A stretch of 24,166 nt of DNA from an uncultured Acetobacteraceae bacterium (GTDB lineage: Bacteria; Pseudomonadota; Alphaproteobacteria; Acetobacterales; Acetobacteraceae). Position 1 is the stretch's first letter, and each line of letters opens with the position of its first letter. The stretch spans positions 10,840-35,005 of the forward strand of contig CAXUIA010000001.1 in NCBI GenBank assembly GCA_964250835.1, read 5' to 3'. Position numbers and translations under genes: made by a program. Positions 1 to 8,082 of the stretch are shown piece by piece. Under the pieces are notes generated by a model. It ran no database searches and was not told where the DNA came from. It worked only from the letters and a program-made list of their open reading frames with translations.

Positions 1-252
1 GGTCCCGACTGCGCCCGACCGTTCGCGATGCTCGACGATGGCGCCGATGACGGCGCCCGCTCAGCCGACGGCCTGGTCAGCGGCACCTACCTGCACGGCT
101 TGTTTGCCCACCCGGCGGAACGCGCCCGCTGGCTTGGCGGCGGCGACCCCCTTGATCATCATGCCGAAACCGATCGCATCCTCGATGAGCTTGCTTCTCA
201 TCTCGAAGCCCACATCGACATCGAGGCACTGCTCGCCATTTCCCGCCCATGA
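1..252 (+). CDS. cobQ: Cobyric acid synthase, C-terminal fragment (gene starts upstream of the window)
   Basis: Frame 1 is open from base 1: GPDCARPFAMLDDGADDGARSADGLVSGTYLHGLF...LDELASHLEAHIDIEALL. This matches the CobQ C-terminal 'DGA.S.DG.V.GTYLHGLF' and 'LA.HLE.H.D...L' signatures. Neighbouring cob genes support the call. Confidence 0.9.
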   Translation, partial: GPDCARPFAMLDDGADDGARSADGLVSGTYLHGLFAHPAERARWLGGGDPLDHHAETDRILDELASHLEAHIDIEALLAISRP

Positions 253-1058
253 CGCAAAACAATGACAGTGCGGCTCGCGGCGAGCAGGACTTCTACGACC
301 GCCAGGCAGCTCGCTTCTGGGACCCGAACGGCCCGATGCAGGCGTTGCACGTCATCAACCCGCTCCGCGTTGCGTGGATCGCCGACCGCACGCGAGAGCG
401 CCTCGGCGGTCTCGCCGGCCGCAACACCCTCGATGTCGGCTGCGCGGTCGGGCTTCTTTCCGAAGCCCTCGCCCGCGCGGGTGCAAACGTCACCGGCATC
501 GACGTCAGCGCCGGCAACATCGTCGCCGCCAGCCAGCACGCGAAGGCGGGCGGCCTCGCCATCACATACCGCGAGGGCACTCTGACCGAAGCCATTCCGG
601 ATCGCGAGACCTTTGACGTCGTTTGCTGCCTCGAAGTGGTTGAGCATGTCGCCGAGCTCAGGGGTTTCCTCGACCAGCTTGCTGCGCGCGTTGCTCCGGG
701 CGGCCTCGTTTTCGTCTCCTCGATCGCCCGCACCCCCGAGAGCCTTGCCTTGGCCAAGATCGGCGCCGAATACGTCCTCCGCATCCTGCCGCGAGGGACC
801 CATCGCTGGTCCGACTTCCGCAATCCGGACGAGGTGGATCATGGCTTGGCTCGTCATGGCTTGCGCCAAGTGGCGCTCACCGGCATGGGCTATCTTCCAT
901 TGCTTCATCGCGCCTGGTGGCAGCGCAGCACGCGCGTCAACTGGATGGGATGTTGGGCGCGTCCGTCGGCACCCGGAGTAGGCCGGCTGCGCTCCGCCTC
1001 CCTGTGCGCATCGAGTTCGGCGATGTCGCGTCCCCGATCACGCTCTGCGCCGGCATGA
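249..1058 (+). CDS. ubiG: UbiG-like SAM-dependent O-methyltransferase (2-polyprenyl-6-hydroxyphenol / 3-demethylubiquinol methylase family) with a ~30-aa atypical C-terminal tail
   Basis: UbiG motifs: FWDPNGPMQALHVINPLR, LDVGC.GLLSE.LAR.GA.VTGID, FDVVCCLEVVEHV, GAEYVLRILPRGTH. ATGA overlap with the cobQ stop (249-252). Confidence 0.85.
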   Translation: MTQNNDSAARGEQDFYDRQAARFWDPNGPMQALHVINPLRVAWIADRTRERLGGLAGRNTLDVGCAVGLLSEALARAGANVTGIDVSAGNIVAASQHAKAGGLAITYREGTLTEAIPDRETFDVVCCLEVVEHVAELRGFLDQLAARVAPGGLVFVSSIARTPESLALAKIGAEYVLRILPRGTHRWSDFRNPDEVDHGLARHGLRQVALTGMGYLPLLHRAWWQRSTRVNWMGCWARPSAPGVGRLRSASLCASSSAMSRPRSRSAPA

Positions 1059-1078
1059 CGGCAACGGTCTCGATCCTT
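984..1078 (+). pseudogene. Remnant of the C-terminus of an HlyD/AaeA-type membrane-fusion (efflux adaptor) gene
   Basis: 995-1078 reads RLPVRIEFGDVASPITLCAGMTATVSIL, resembling the AaeA/YdhJ-type ending 'RLAQR(I/L)PVRI.....P....L.AGMTATV.I'. The preceding RL (984-989) is one base out of frame. No start codon or upstream body is present. Confidence 0.55.
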
Positions 1079-1209
1079 CGACCATCGTGCTGTGGGCCGC
1101 GGGAAGCATGTCCGCGATCAGGCGAGGTTTGGAACGGCCGGAAGGTTAGCCGGCGCAACACCGGGGCGGCGCCCTGGACCCGCTGTGGCCATCGGCCCCC
1201 AGATCCGGT

Positions 1210-2151
1210 TTACCGCTTCCTGCCTGTTGCGCTCCGATGCGAGCTCAACGCCAATACTACGCCCATGCCCAACATCCATGCTCGCGCCGATAACCGCAGC
1301 GCACGCCTGATATCGGACGCGGTCAGCGCATCGCGTCCGCCTCCCATCCACGCATCCTTGACCAACACCCCGCCATAGGTTCGGGGGCCGGCCAACCGCA
1401 ATCCTAGCCCGCCCGCCATCGCCGCCTCCGGCCATCCGGCATTCGGCGAGCGATGCCGCCGCGCATCTCGACGTATCGCGCGCACGGCATCACCGAACCG
1501 TCCCGACGCCAGTCCGATCAGCAGCGCCGAAAGGCGCGAGGCCGGCAGGTTCACCAGGTCATCCATCCGCGCCGACGCCCACCCGAACGCACGGTAACGG
1601 GCGTTCAGATGCCCGACCATGCTGTCGGCAGTGTTGATCGCCTTGTAGGCCGCCATGGCCGGCAGACCGCCTGCGGCAAACCAGAAGGCGGGCGCTGCCA
1701 CGCCGTCCGAGAAGTTCTCCGACAAGCTCTCGACCGCCGCACGCGCCACCCCCGCCTCATCAAGCCATGCGACATCCCGACCCACGATCTGCGACAGCGC
1801 CGACCGTCCCTCATCCAGTCCGTGATCCAGCCCATCCGCCACGGCGGCGACGTGCGTGTGTAGCGACCGTGCCGCCAGCAGGCTGGAGGCTGCCAGCACC
1901 ACGCCCCAACGCGGCCCACGCGACACCTGCCGACCAGCGGTCCACGATACGCCCACGAGGACACCGAGCGCCGCGGCACCCCGCCTGCGGCGCACGGTGT
2001 CCGCCAGATCCGGGTCATTCCAGCGCGCATCGAGCCGTTCGATCAGCCAGCCGACCCAGCTCACCGGATGACCAAGCTGGCGAAACAGCACGTTCGGATA
2101 ACCCGCCACAGCCTCGACGAGCAGCGCCGCCGCCAGCATTTTAAGCCGCAT
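1210..2151 (-). CDS. cobD: Adenosylcobinamide-phosphate synthase (CobD/CbiB)
   Basis: Motifs GYP...HPV.W.G.LI, LSQIVGRD, RAAVESLSENFSDGVAAPAFW, YKAINTADSMVGH, FGWASARMDD..N..ASRL, HRSPNAGWPEAAMAGGLG.RLAGPR.Y. Start placed at ATG 2151 (GGGA upstream); ATG 2139 is an alternative. The ORF-track extension to 2247 is unlikely. Confidence 0.93.
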   Translation of the reverse strand: MRLKMLAAALLVEAVAGYPNVLFRQLGHPVSWVGWLIERLDARWNDPDLADTVRRRRGAAALGVLVGVSWTAGRQVSRGPRWGVVLAASSLLAARSLHTHVAAVADGLDHGLDEGRSALSQIVGRDVAWLDEAGVARAAVESLSENFSDGVAAPAFWFAAGGLPAMAAYKAINTADSMVGHLNARYRAFGWASARMDDLVNLPASRLSALLIGLASGRFGDAVRAIRRDARRHRSPNAGWPEAAMAGGLGLRLAGPRTYGGVLVKDAWMGGGRDALTASDIRRALRLSARAWMLGMGVVLALSSHRSATGRKR

Positions 2152-3121
2152 GTCCAATTCCCATGGCGGAAGCCTCGACGACGCTCGCGCGCTTTTCCCG
2201 CAGGCGCCCGAACCGCGCCTCGATCTGTCAACCGGCCTTAATCCCACTGCCTATCCTTGTCCGCCCGTGCGCATCGACCGTCTTCCTGAACCCGCCGCCA
2301 TCGTGTCTCTCGAGCGTGAGGCCGCAAGAGCGTTCAGCTTGCCATCGCCGGCAGACTGCGTCGCTGCTCCTGGCACCGGCATCCTCATGGCCCTGATCGC
2401 ACTCCTTGCCGGGAGCGACGTGGCTATCGTCGGGCCGACCTACGTCGGCCATGCCCGTGCCTGGTTCGCGGCCGGCGCCCGCGTCTATGACGTCCCCGAC
2501 GTCGAGGCGGCGCTCAGGACCGGCGCCGCTACAATCGTTGTCACTCGTCCCAACAATCCCGATGGCCGCATCATCGACCTGCCCGACGCTGCAGGCCGAC
2601 TGCTTGTCGTTGACGAGGCCTTCGCCGACCTTGAATCATGCGCGGCCGATCTGACCGCGCGGGCGGGCCGATCCGGGCTGATCCTGCTCCGCTCCTTTGG
2701 CAAGACTTACGGGTTGCCCGGGGTCCGGCTTGCCTTCGCCGCCGGCGTCGACCCACTTCTCGGCCGTCTGCGCGCCGCTCTTGGTCCCTGGCCGATTTCG
2801 GCCCACGCGCTCGCCGCCGGCCTTGCCGCCTACCCTGACGTCGGCTGGCGCACCCGCCAAGCCGCCCAACTCGTGGCGAGCGCAGCCCAGCTCGACTCTG
2901 TCCTGACCGGAGCCGGCTGCCGCATTGAGGGCGGGACGCGATTGTTCCGCCTTGCCCTCCACACCGACGCGCCCGCCCTCTGGCGCCGCCTTGGTTGCGC
3001 AGGCATCCATGTTCGACGCTTCGAGCACGCGCCGTCGAGGCTGCGTTTCGGCATCCCACCCGACCAGGCCGCCTTTATCCGTCTCGCGCGCACCCTGGAA
3101 AACTCGGCGGCCCACCCGTAG
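2150..3121 (+). CDS. cobC: L-threonine-O-3-phosphate decarboxylase (PLP-dependent; CobC in Pseudomonas denitrificans naming, CobD in Salmonella naming)
   Basis: N-terminal HGG.L..AR..FP.APEP.LDLSTG.NP, PNNPDG, LVVDEAFAD, PLP-lysine motif RSFGKTYGLPGVRL, LGPW, and GTRLFRL. Confidence 0.92.
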   Translation: MSNSHGGSLDDARALFPQAPEPRLDLSTGLNPTAYPCPPVRIDRLPEPAAIVSLEREAARAFSLPSPADCVAAPGTGILMALIALLAGSDVAIVGPTYVGHARAWFAAGARVYDVPDVEAALRTGAATIVVTRPNNPDGRIIDLPDAAGRLLVVDEAFADLESCAADLTARAGRSGLILLRSFGKTYGLPGVRLAFAAGVDPLLGRLRAALGPWPISAHALAAGLAAYPDVGWRTRQAAQLVASAAQLDSVLTGAGCRIEGGTRLFRLALHTDAPALWRRLGCAGIHVRRFEHAPSRLRFGIPPDQAAFIRLARTLENSAAHP

Positions 3122-3175
3122 ATGGGACCAACGCCGCCGCAGGCCCTCACGCGGACGCAGACACAGGAAGCATCA

Positions 3176-3997
3176 ATGTCTACCACCTTCGCGCCGACCG
3201 GCATTCCGGCGCCGACCAAGAGCTACGGCCACCTCAACACCGAGACCGTGCTCTCTGTCCAGCGTTGGACTGACCGCCTGTTCTCGTTCCGGACCACACG
3301 CGATGCATCGCTGCGGTTCGAGAATGGCCAGTTCACCATGATCGGCATCGAGGTCGAGGGTAAGCCGCTCCTGCGCGCCTACAGCATGGCGAGCGCCAAT
3401 TACGAGGACTTCCTCGAATTCCTCTCGATCCAGGTCCCGGATGGTCCGCTCACCTCCCGCTTGGGACATATTCAGGTGGGTGATAAAATCCTTGTCGGCC
3501 GCAAGCCTGTTGGCACCTTGATCCTCGATAACCTCAAACCGGGGCGAAACCTCTATCTGCTTGCGACTGGAACAGGCCTTGCACCGTTCATGGCGCTAAT
3601 CCACGACCCGGCGGTCTACGAGCGCTTCGAGCACGTCGTGCTGACACACACCTGCCGCACGGCCGACGAGCTGGCCTACCGCGGCTACATCCGCGACGAG
3701 CTGCCCAACCACGAGCTTTTGGGCGAGGACATCGCGAGCAAGCTCCTCTACCACCCGAGTGTCACGCGCGAGGAGTGGCAGACGACTGGTCGGATCACCG
3801 AGCTGTTCAAGTCGGGCAAGCTGTTCTCGGATCTTGGCCTTCCGCAAGCGGATCACATGCACGACCGGGCGATGATCTGCGGCAACGAGCGCATGCTTGC
3901 CGACTGCGAGCGCATGCTCCAGGAGGCAGGCTTCGTCGAAGGTCATAACAACGAGCCTGGTGAGTACGTGATCGAAAAGGCGTTCGCGGAGAAGTAG
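3176..3997 (+). CDS. fpr: Ferredoxin/flavodoxin-NADP+ reductase (bacterial subclass I type)
   Basis: WTDRLFSFRTTRD..LRFENGQF.MIG, RAYSMAS, GPLTSRL, ATGTGLAPF, DRAMICG, C-terminal EKAFAEK. AGGAAG lies before ATG 3176 (the ORF track starts at 3122). Confidence 0.95.
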   Translation: MSTTFAPTGIPAPTKSYGHLNTETVLSVQRWTDRLFSFRTTRDASLRFENGQFTMIGIEVEGKPLLRAYSMASANYEDFLEFLSIQVPDGPLTSRLGHIQVGDKILVGRKPVGTLILDNLKPGRNLYLLATGTGLAPFMALIHDPAVYERFEHVVLTHTCRTADELAYRGYIRDELPNHELLGEDIASKLLYHPSVTREEWQTTGRITELFKSGKLFSDLGLPQADHMHDRAMICGNERMLADCERMLQEAGFVEGHNNEPGEYVIEKAFAEK

Positions 3998-4041
3998 TTG
4001 GGGTTCCGCCGCAAGCCCCAGATCCGCCACGGAGGAATATC

Positions 4042-5424
4042 ATGCCGCACGATTTCGACCTGTTCGTCATCGGCGGCGGCTCCGGCGGGGTCCGTTGCGC
4101 CAGGATCGCCTCCGGCTACGGCGCGCGGGTGGGGATTGCCGAAGAGCGTCACTGGGGTGGAACGTGCGTCAACGTCGGCTGCGTCCCCAAGAAGCTTCTG
4201 GTCCAGGCTGGCGAATACGGTGCGGCCGCGCGCGATAGCGTCGCGTTCGGTTGGGACACAACCGTCGGCCCGCATGATTGGCGCGCCCTGATCGCCGCCA
4301 AGGATGAAGAGATCTCTCGGCTCAACGCGGTCTATGTCTCGCTTCTCGACCGCGCGGGTGCGACGCATTTCGATGCGCATGCGACGTTCATCGACGCCCA
4401 CACGCTCGAGGTCGGCGGGCGCCGCGTCACGGCCGCACATATCGTCATCGCGACCGGTGGTCACCCGATCGTTGAGCCGCACATCGAGGGTGCCCATCTC
4501 GGGATCGTTTCGGACGCGGCCTTTCACCTCCCCGCACGGCCGGAGCGCGTCCTGATGGTCGGCGGCGGCTATATCGGCGTCGAATTCTCCGGCATCTTCA
4601 ATGCGTTCGGGTCAGAGGTTACGCTCGCCTATCGACAGGCTAAGCCGCTTCGTGGCTTTGACGAAGACATGCGGGACGGACTCTCCGACGCGATCGACGC
4701 GCGCGGGATCGTTCAGCGTCCGATGACGACGCTGCACCGGATCACCCGCAACCGCGGCCATCTGACGGCGGACCTGTCGGACGGAACCGCCGTCGATGTC
4801 GACCTTGTCTTCTTCGCCGTTGGGCGTAAACCCAACACCGCAGGGCTCGAATTAGAGCGCGCCGGCGTTGCCACCGCGGACAACGGCAGCGTCATCGTGG
4901 GTGACGACGGCCAGACTAACATCCCCGGCATCTACGCAATCGGAGACGTCTCCAATCGGGTCAATCTGACGCCGGTCGCAATCGCCGAGGGTCATCATCT
5001 GGCGCACCGTCTGTTTGGCCCCGGCGAACCACGTCGCTGGTCGCTCGACAGCGTGGCAAAGGCGGTCTTCTTTTCGCCTCCCTTGGCGAGCGTCGGCTTG
5101 ACCGAGGAGGAGGCGGCCCAGAAAGGCTGCGCCAAGATCTATGTGTCGCGCTTCACGCCGCTTCGGCATACGATCAGTACACGCGCCGCCAATAAGTCGA
5201 TCATGAAGCTGGTTGTTGACCAGCCGAGCGACATCGTGCTCGGCGCTCACATGCTGGGTGACGACGCCCCCGAAATCATGCAGGGTTTTGCAGTCGCGGT
5301 CGCCGCCGGCCTGACCAAACGCCAAGTCGACGAGACGGTCGGCATTCATCCAACGAGTGCCGAAGAGATGGTCACCATGCGCGATGCCGTGCGTGTGGTT
5401 GGTCTTGCCCGCGCGGCCGAGTAG
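4042..5424 (+). CDS. gor: Glutathione-disulfide reductase
   Basis: DLFVIGGGSGG FAD motif, redox-active GGTCVNVGCVPKK, GGGYIGVEF NADPH motif, GIHPTSAEE. GGAGG RBS at 4031-4035. Confidence 0.95.
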   Translation: MPHDFDLFVIGGGSGGVRCARIASGYGARVGIAEERHWGGTCVNVGCVPKKLLVQAGEYGAAARDSVAFGWDTTVGPHDWRALIAAKDEEISRLNAVYVSLLDRAGATHFDAHATFIDAHTLEVGGRRVTAAHIVIATGGHPIVEPHIEGAHLGIVSDAAFHLPARPERVLMVGGGYIGVEFSGIFNAFGSEVTLAYRQAKPLRGFDEDMRDGLSDAIDARGIVQRPMTTLHRITRNRGHLTADLSDGTAVDVDLVFFAVGRKPNTAGLELERAGVATADNGSVIVGDDGQTNIPGIYAIGDVSNRVNLTPVAIAEGHHLAHRLFGPGEPRRWSLDSVAKAVFFSPPLASVGLTEEEAAQKGCAKIYVSRFTPLRHTISTRAANKSIMKLVVDQPSDIVLGAHMLGDDAPEIMQGFAVAVAAGLTKRQVDETVGIHPTSAEEMVTMRDAVRVVGLARAAE

Positions 5425-5468
5425 GCGGCGCCAGGTGCTTGTTTTGTGACGCGCCGGCGCTGCAGATG

Positions 5469-6914
5469 TTAGTTTCGATCCGCAACGTCCCAGCCACCAC
5501 CCAGAGCACGGTAAAGTGCCACGAGGTCGGTCTCAACCTCCACGTTGGCGTTCGCCAAACCATTCTGGTTCTGCAAAAGCGCGCTCTGCGCCGCGAGCAC
5601 GTTCAGGAAGTCCACCACGCCCTGCCGGTAACGCTGACGAGCAGCGGCGAGCGCCAACTGCGACTGTCCATAGGCTGCGGAGAGCTGCTGACGACGGTGC
5701 TGAGCTTCCTCATAGGCGGTCAATGCATTGTCGACATCCTGCCAAGCCTGCAGAACGGTGTTGCGGTAGTTCAGCGCGGCTTCTCTTTGCTGCGACTTGC
5801 GTAGCCGCAGGGTTGCTCGCAGCCGCCCACCCTCAAACAACGGCACGTCGAGCGTCGGACCGATCATGGTGTAGCCCGACGCGAGATTGAAGACCTGCGG
5901 AAACTGGAGCGCTTCGGTTCCCGCCTGCCCCGAAATACGAAGGTCTGGGTAGAAGTCGGCGACCGCGACGCCGGTCTCCGCCGTCGCTTCGTGCAGCTTC
6001 GACTCGGCCTCACGTATGTCGGGACGCCGTCGTGCCAAATCGCTCGGTATCCCGAGCGGGACCGTTGGCGGCACTGGCGGCTGAGCCCGAAGTGAACTCA
6101 ACTCGCGCTCCAGCGTTCGCGGCGGTTCGGCGAGCAGGAAGCCGACCGCGTTGATCAGGGCGGCGATGTTGGCGCGAAGCGGCGGCAGGTTGGCGGCGAT
6201 TGTGTCCCGCTGCACTTCGGCGTTGGCAATATCGAGTGTCGTGCTGACACCGTTGCTGAACTGATTACGTATGAGCCGCACGTTGCGGTCCGCGTCCGCC
6301 AGATTATCCTGTGCGATCAGCAGCATCGACTGCACGCCTCGAAGCTGCATGTAGTCCTGAGCGAGATCGGCGATGGCGGCCAGAGCCACCGCATGACGCG
6401 CCTCGATGACCGCCTCGGTGTCTGCGCGACGTGCTTCCACCGCGCGCCGGACGCGTCCGAACAGGTCAACATCCCATGCGACTGAGACATTGTCCTGGAA
6501 CAGGTCGAAAGAAACCGGCGCATTGGGTGCCGGCACGATCAAGGTCTCAAGCAGTTTTGGCGGCGTGGTGATCCTTTGATATGTCCCGTCGCCGTCGAGG
6601 TTTGGCAGTCCTCGCGACGCCGCGATCCGCCGTTGCTGCCGCCCCTGCTCGATCCGCTCGGCAGCCTCCTGGAGGTCAAGATTTTGTCGCGCCAGTCGCG
6701 TCTCGAGCGACGAGAGTTCGGGATCCTTGAACTCGTTCCACCAGCTCGTGTCGATGGTGCCGCCGAATGTCGGAGCGCTCGGAATGTCGGCTGGAGCAGT
6801 CCCCCACCACGACGCGGGCGCGTGCGCGTCCGGCCGATGAAAATCGGGACCGACTGTGCATCCACCGAGCACTGTCGAGACGACGAGCACTCCGGCAAAA
6901 TGCGTATTCACCAA
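5469..6914 (-). CDS. Efflux outer-membrane factor lipoprotein (NodT/OprM/TolC family)
   Basis: Lipobox LGGC followed by TVGPDF; WW..F.DP.L..L, WDVDLFGRVRRAVEA, PSDLARRRPDIREAE..L, LYRALGGGW. Start TTG 6914 or GTG 6911. Confidence 0.92.
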   Translation of the reverse strand: MVNTHFAGVLVVSTVLGGCTVGPDFHRPDAHAPASWWGTAPADIPSAPTFGGTIDTSWWNEFKDPELSSLETRLARQNLDLQEAAERIEQGRQQRRIAASRGLPNLDGDGTYQRITTPPKLLETLIVPAPNAPVSFDLFQDNVSVAWDVDLFGRVRRAVEARRADTEAVIEARHAVALAAIADLAQDYMQLRGVQSMLLIAQDNLADADRNVRLIRNQFSNGVSTTLDIANAEVQRDTIAANLPPLRANIAALINAVGFLLAEPPRTLERELSSLRAQPPVPPTVPLGIPSDLARRRPDIREAESKLHEATAETGVAVADFYPDLRISGQAGTEALQFPQVFNLASGYTMIGPTLDVPLFEGGRLRATLRLRKSQQREAALNYRNTVLQAWQDVDNALTAYEEAQHRRQQLSAAYGQSQLALAAARQRYRQGVVDFLNVLAAQSALLQNQNGLANANVEVETDLVALYRALGGGWDVADRN

Positions 6915-6921
6915 TCAGACT

Positions 6922-8070
6922 TCATTTGGAGGTCACGCGGACAGGGTCAGTCTCCTGCTCGCTTTTGACGTTGGTGAGCCCGGTCTCGATCGTAACCTCA
7001 ACCGAAAACCCGTCCCGAAGGAGCCGAGCGTCCGGCTGCCCCGGCGCGACCACGACTTTCACCGGTAGACGCTGAACAATCTTGGTGAAGTTTCCCGTCG
7101 CGTTGTTCGGCTCAATCGGCGCGAAGGCGGCGCCGGAGGCCGGTGGGATGCTGTGTACCACACCCTGCAGATCAAGGTTGTAGGCATCGACGTGGATGCG
7201 TGCACGTTGTCCGGGCAGCACCCGGCGGAGCGCAACCTCCCGGTAATTCGCGACGATATAGAGATGGTCGAGCGGCACGAGAGCCATCAGCGCGGCACCG
7301 GGTGCGACATAGTTCCCGACCTGCACGGTCCGTTCAGCCACCGTCCCGTCGAGCGGCGCCAGGATGCGCGTGTAAGACAGATTTAATCGAGCTTGCTCGA
7401 CCTCTGCCTGGTCGGCTTGCACCGCCGCCGCTGCACTGTTGTATTGGGCCTGCAAAATCGGCAGCTGGCGTCTGGTCGCACTCAGCGTCGCCTGGGCGCC
7501 GGCGACCGACGCTTGCGCTTGACGCAGGGACATGTCCGCCTGTTGCCGTTCCTGAAAAGTCCCCGCTCCCGTCTGAGCAAGGTTCCGGTAACGCGTCTCG
7601 TTCTGCTGGGCAAACACGAGCTGCGCGCTTGCGGACGTGACCTGCGCCTGCGATTGCGCGACCTGCGACGGCAGCCTGGCGATCTGTGCCGCTATGTCGG
7701 CTGCCTGAGCGCGATCACGCGCGAGCATCGCCTCATTGTTTGCAAGGGTCGCGCGAAAATCGCGATCGTCGAGCGTGCTCAACAGTTGGCCCGCGCGAAC
7801 GGTTTGGTTGTCGTCGACATCCACGCTCGAGATCTGCCCCGAGATGCGGGGAGCAATCGTCGCGTAATGTCCAGTGACGTAAGCGTCATCCGTCCATACT
7901 GACGATCCGGGCGCAAAGATGATCACCAGTACCGCGGCCGTGAAGCCGACGACCACGATGCCAGCCAGGATCCAGGGCCACCGTGACGTGGCAGTCTCGT
8001 CGCTATCGTCGGACTTCCTGCCGTCCTCCGAGTGCTCTTTGTTCCTGTCTTGATCTTTGTTGTCTGCCAC
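6922..8070 (-). CDS. HlyD/EmrA-family periplasmic adaptor (membrane fusion protein)
   Basis: N-terminal TM segment, TDDAYV, V.DNQ.V.AGQLL, coiled-coil core, LSYTRI.AP.DG, ANYRE, NATGNFTKIVQRLPVK. GTG start. Confidence 0.93.
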   Translation of the reverse strand: MADNKDQDRNKEHSEDGRKSDDSDETATSRWPWILAGIVVVGFTAAVLVIIFAPGSSVWTDDAYVTGHYATIAPRISGQISSVDVDDNQTVRAGQLLSTLDDRDFRATLANNEAMLARDRAQAADIAAQIARLPSQVAQSQAQVTSASAQLVFAQQNETRYRNLAQTGAGTFQERQQADMSLRQAQASVAGAQATLSATRRQLPILQAQYNSAAAAVQADQAEVEQARLNLSYTRILAPLDGTVAERTVQVGNYVAPGAALMALVPLDHLYIVANYREVALRRVLPGQRARIHVDAYNLDLQGVVHSIPPASGAAFAPIEPNNATGNFTKIVQRLPVKVVVAPGQPDARLLRDGFSVEVTIETGLTNVKSEQETDPVRVTSK

Positions 8071-8082
8071 TATACTCGCCCG

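Noticed and set aside
198-908. Long antisense ORFs in the track (e.g. 198-908, 3943-4527, 4852-5349 minus; 8032-8670 plus)
   Set aside because: Shadow frames of well-supported genes in GC-rich DNA, with no recognisable motifs.
1059-1209. Possible cobalamin riboswitch or terminator between ubiG and cobD
   Set aside because: Lies between convergent 3' ends, lacks the ordered B12-box elements, and its short GC hairpins have no U-tract.
917-1378. 153-aa plus-strand ORF as an intact gene
   Set aside because: Overlaps both ubiG and cobD. Only the 28-aa HlyD-like segment looks protein-like, and it is reported as a remnant.
3999-4020. Hairpin between fpr and gor (TGGGGTT...AAGCCCCA)
   Set aside because: About 7 bp with a wobble pair and no poly-U, too weak to call a terminator.
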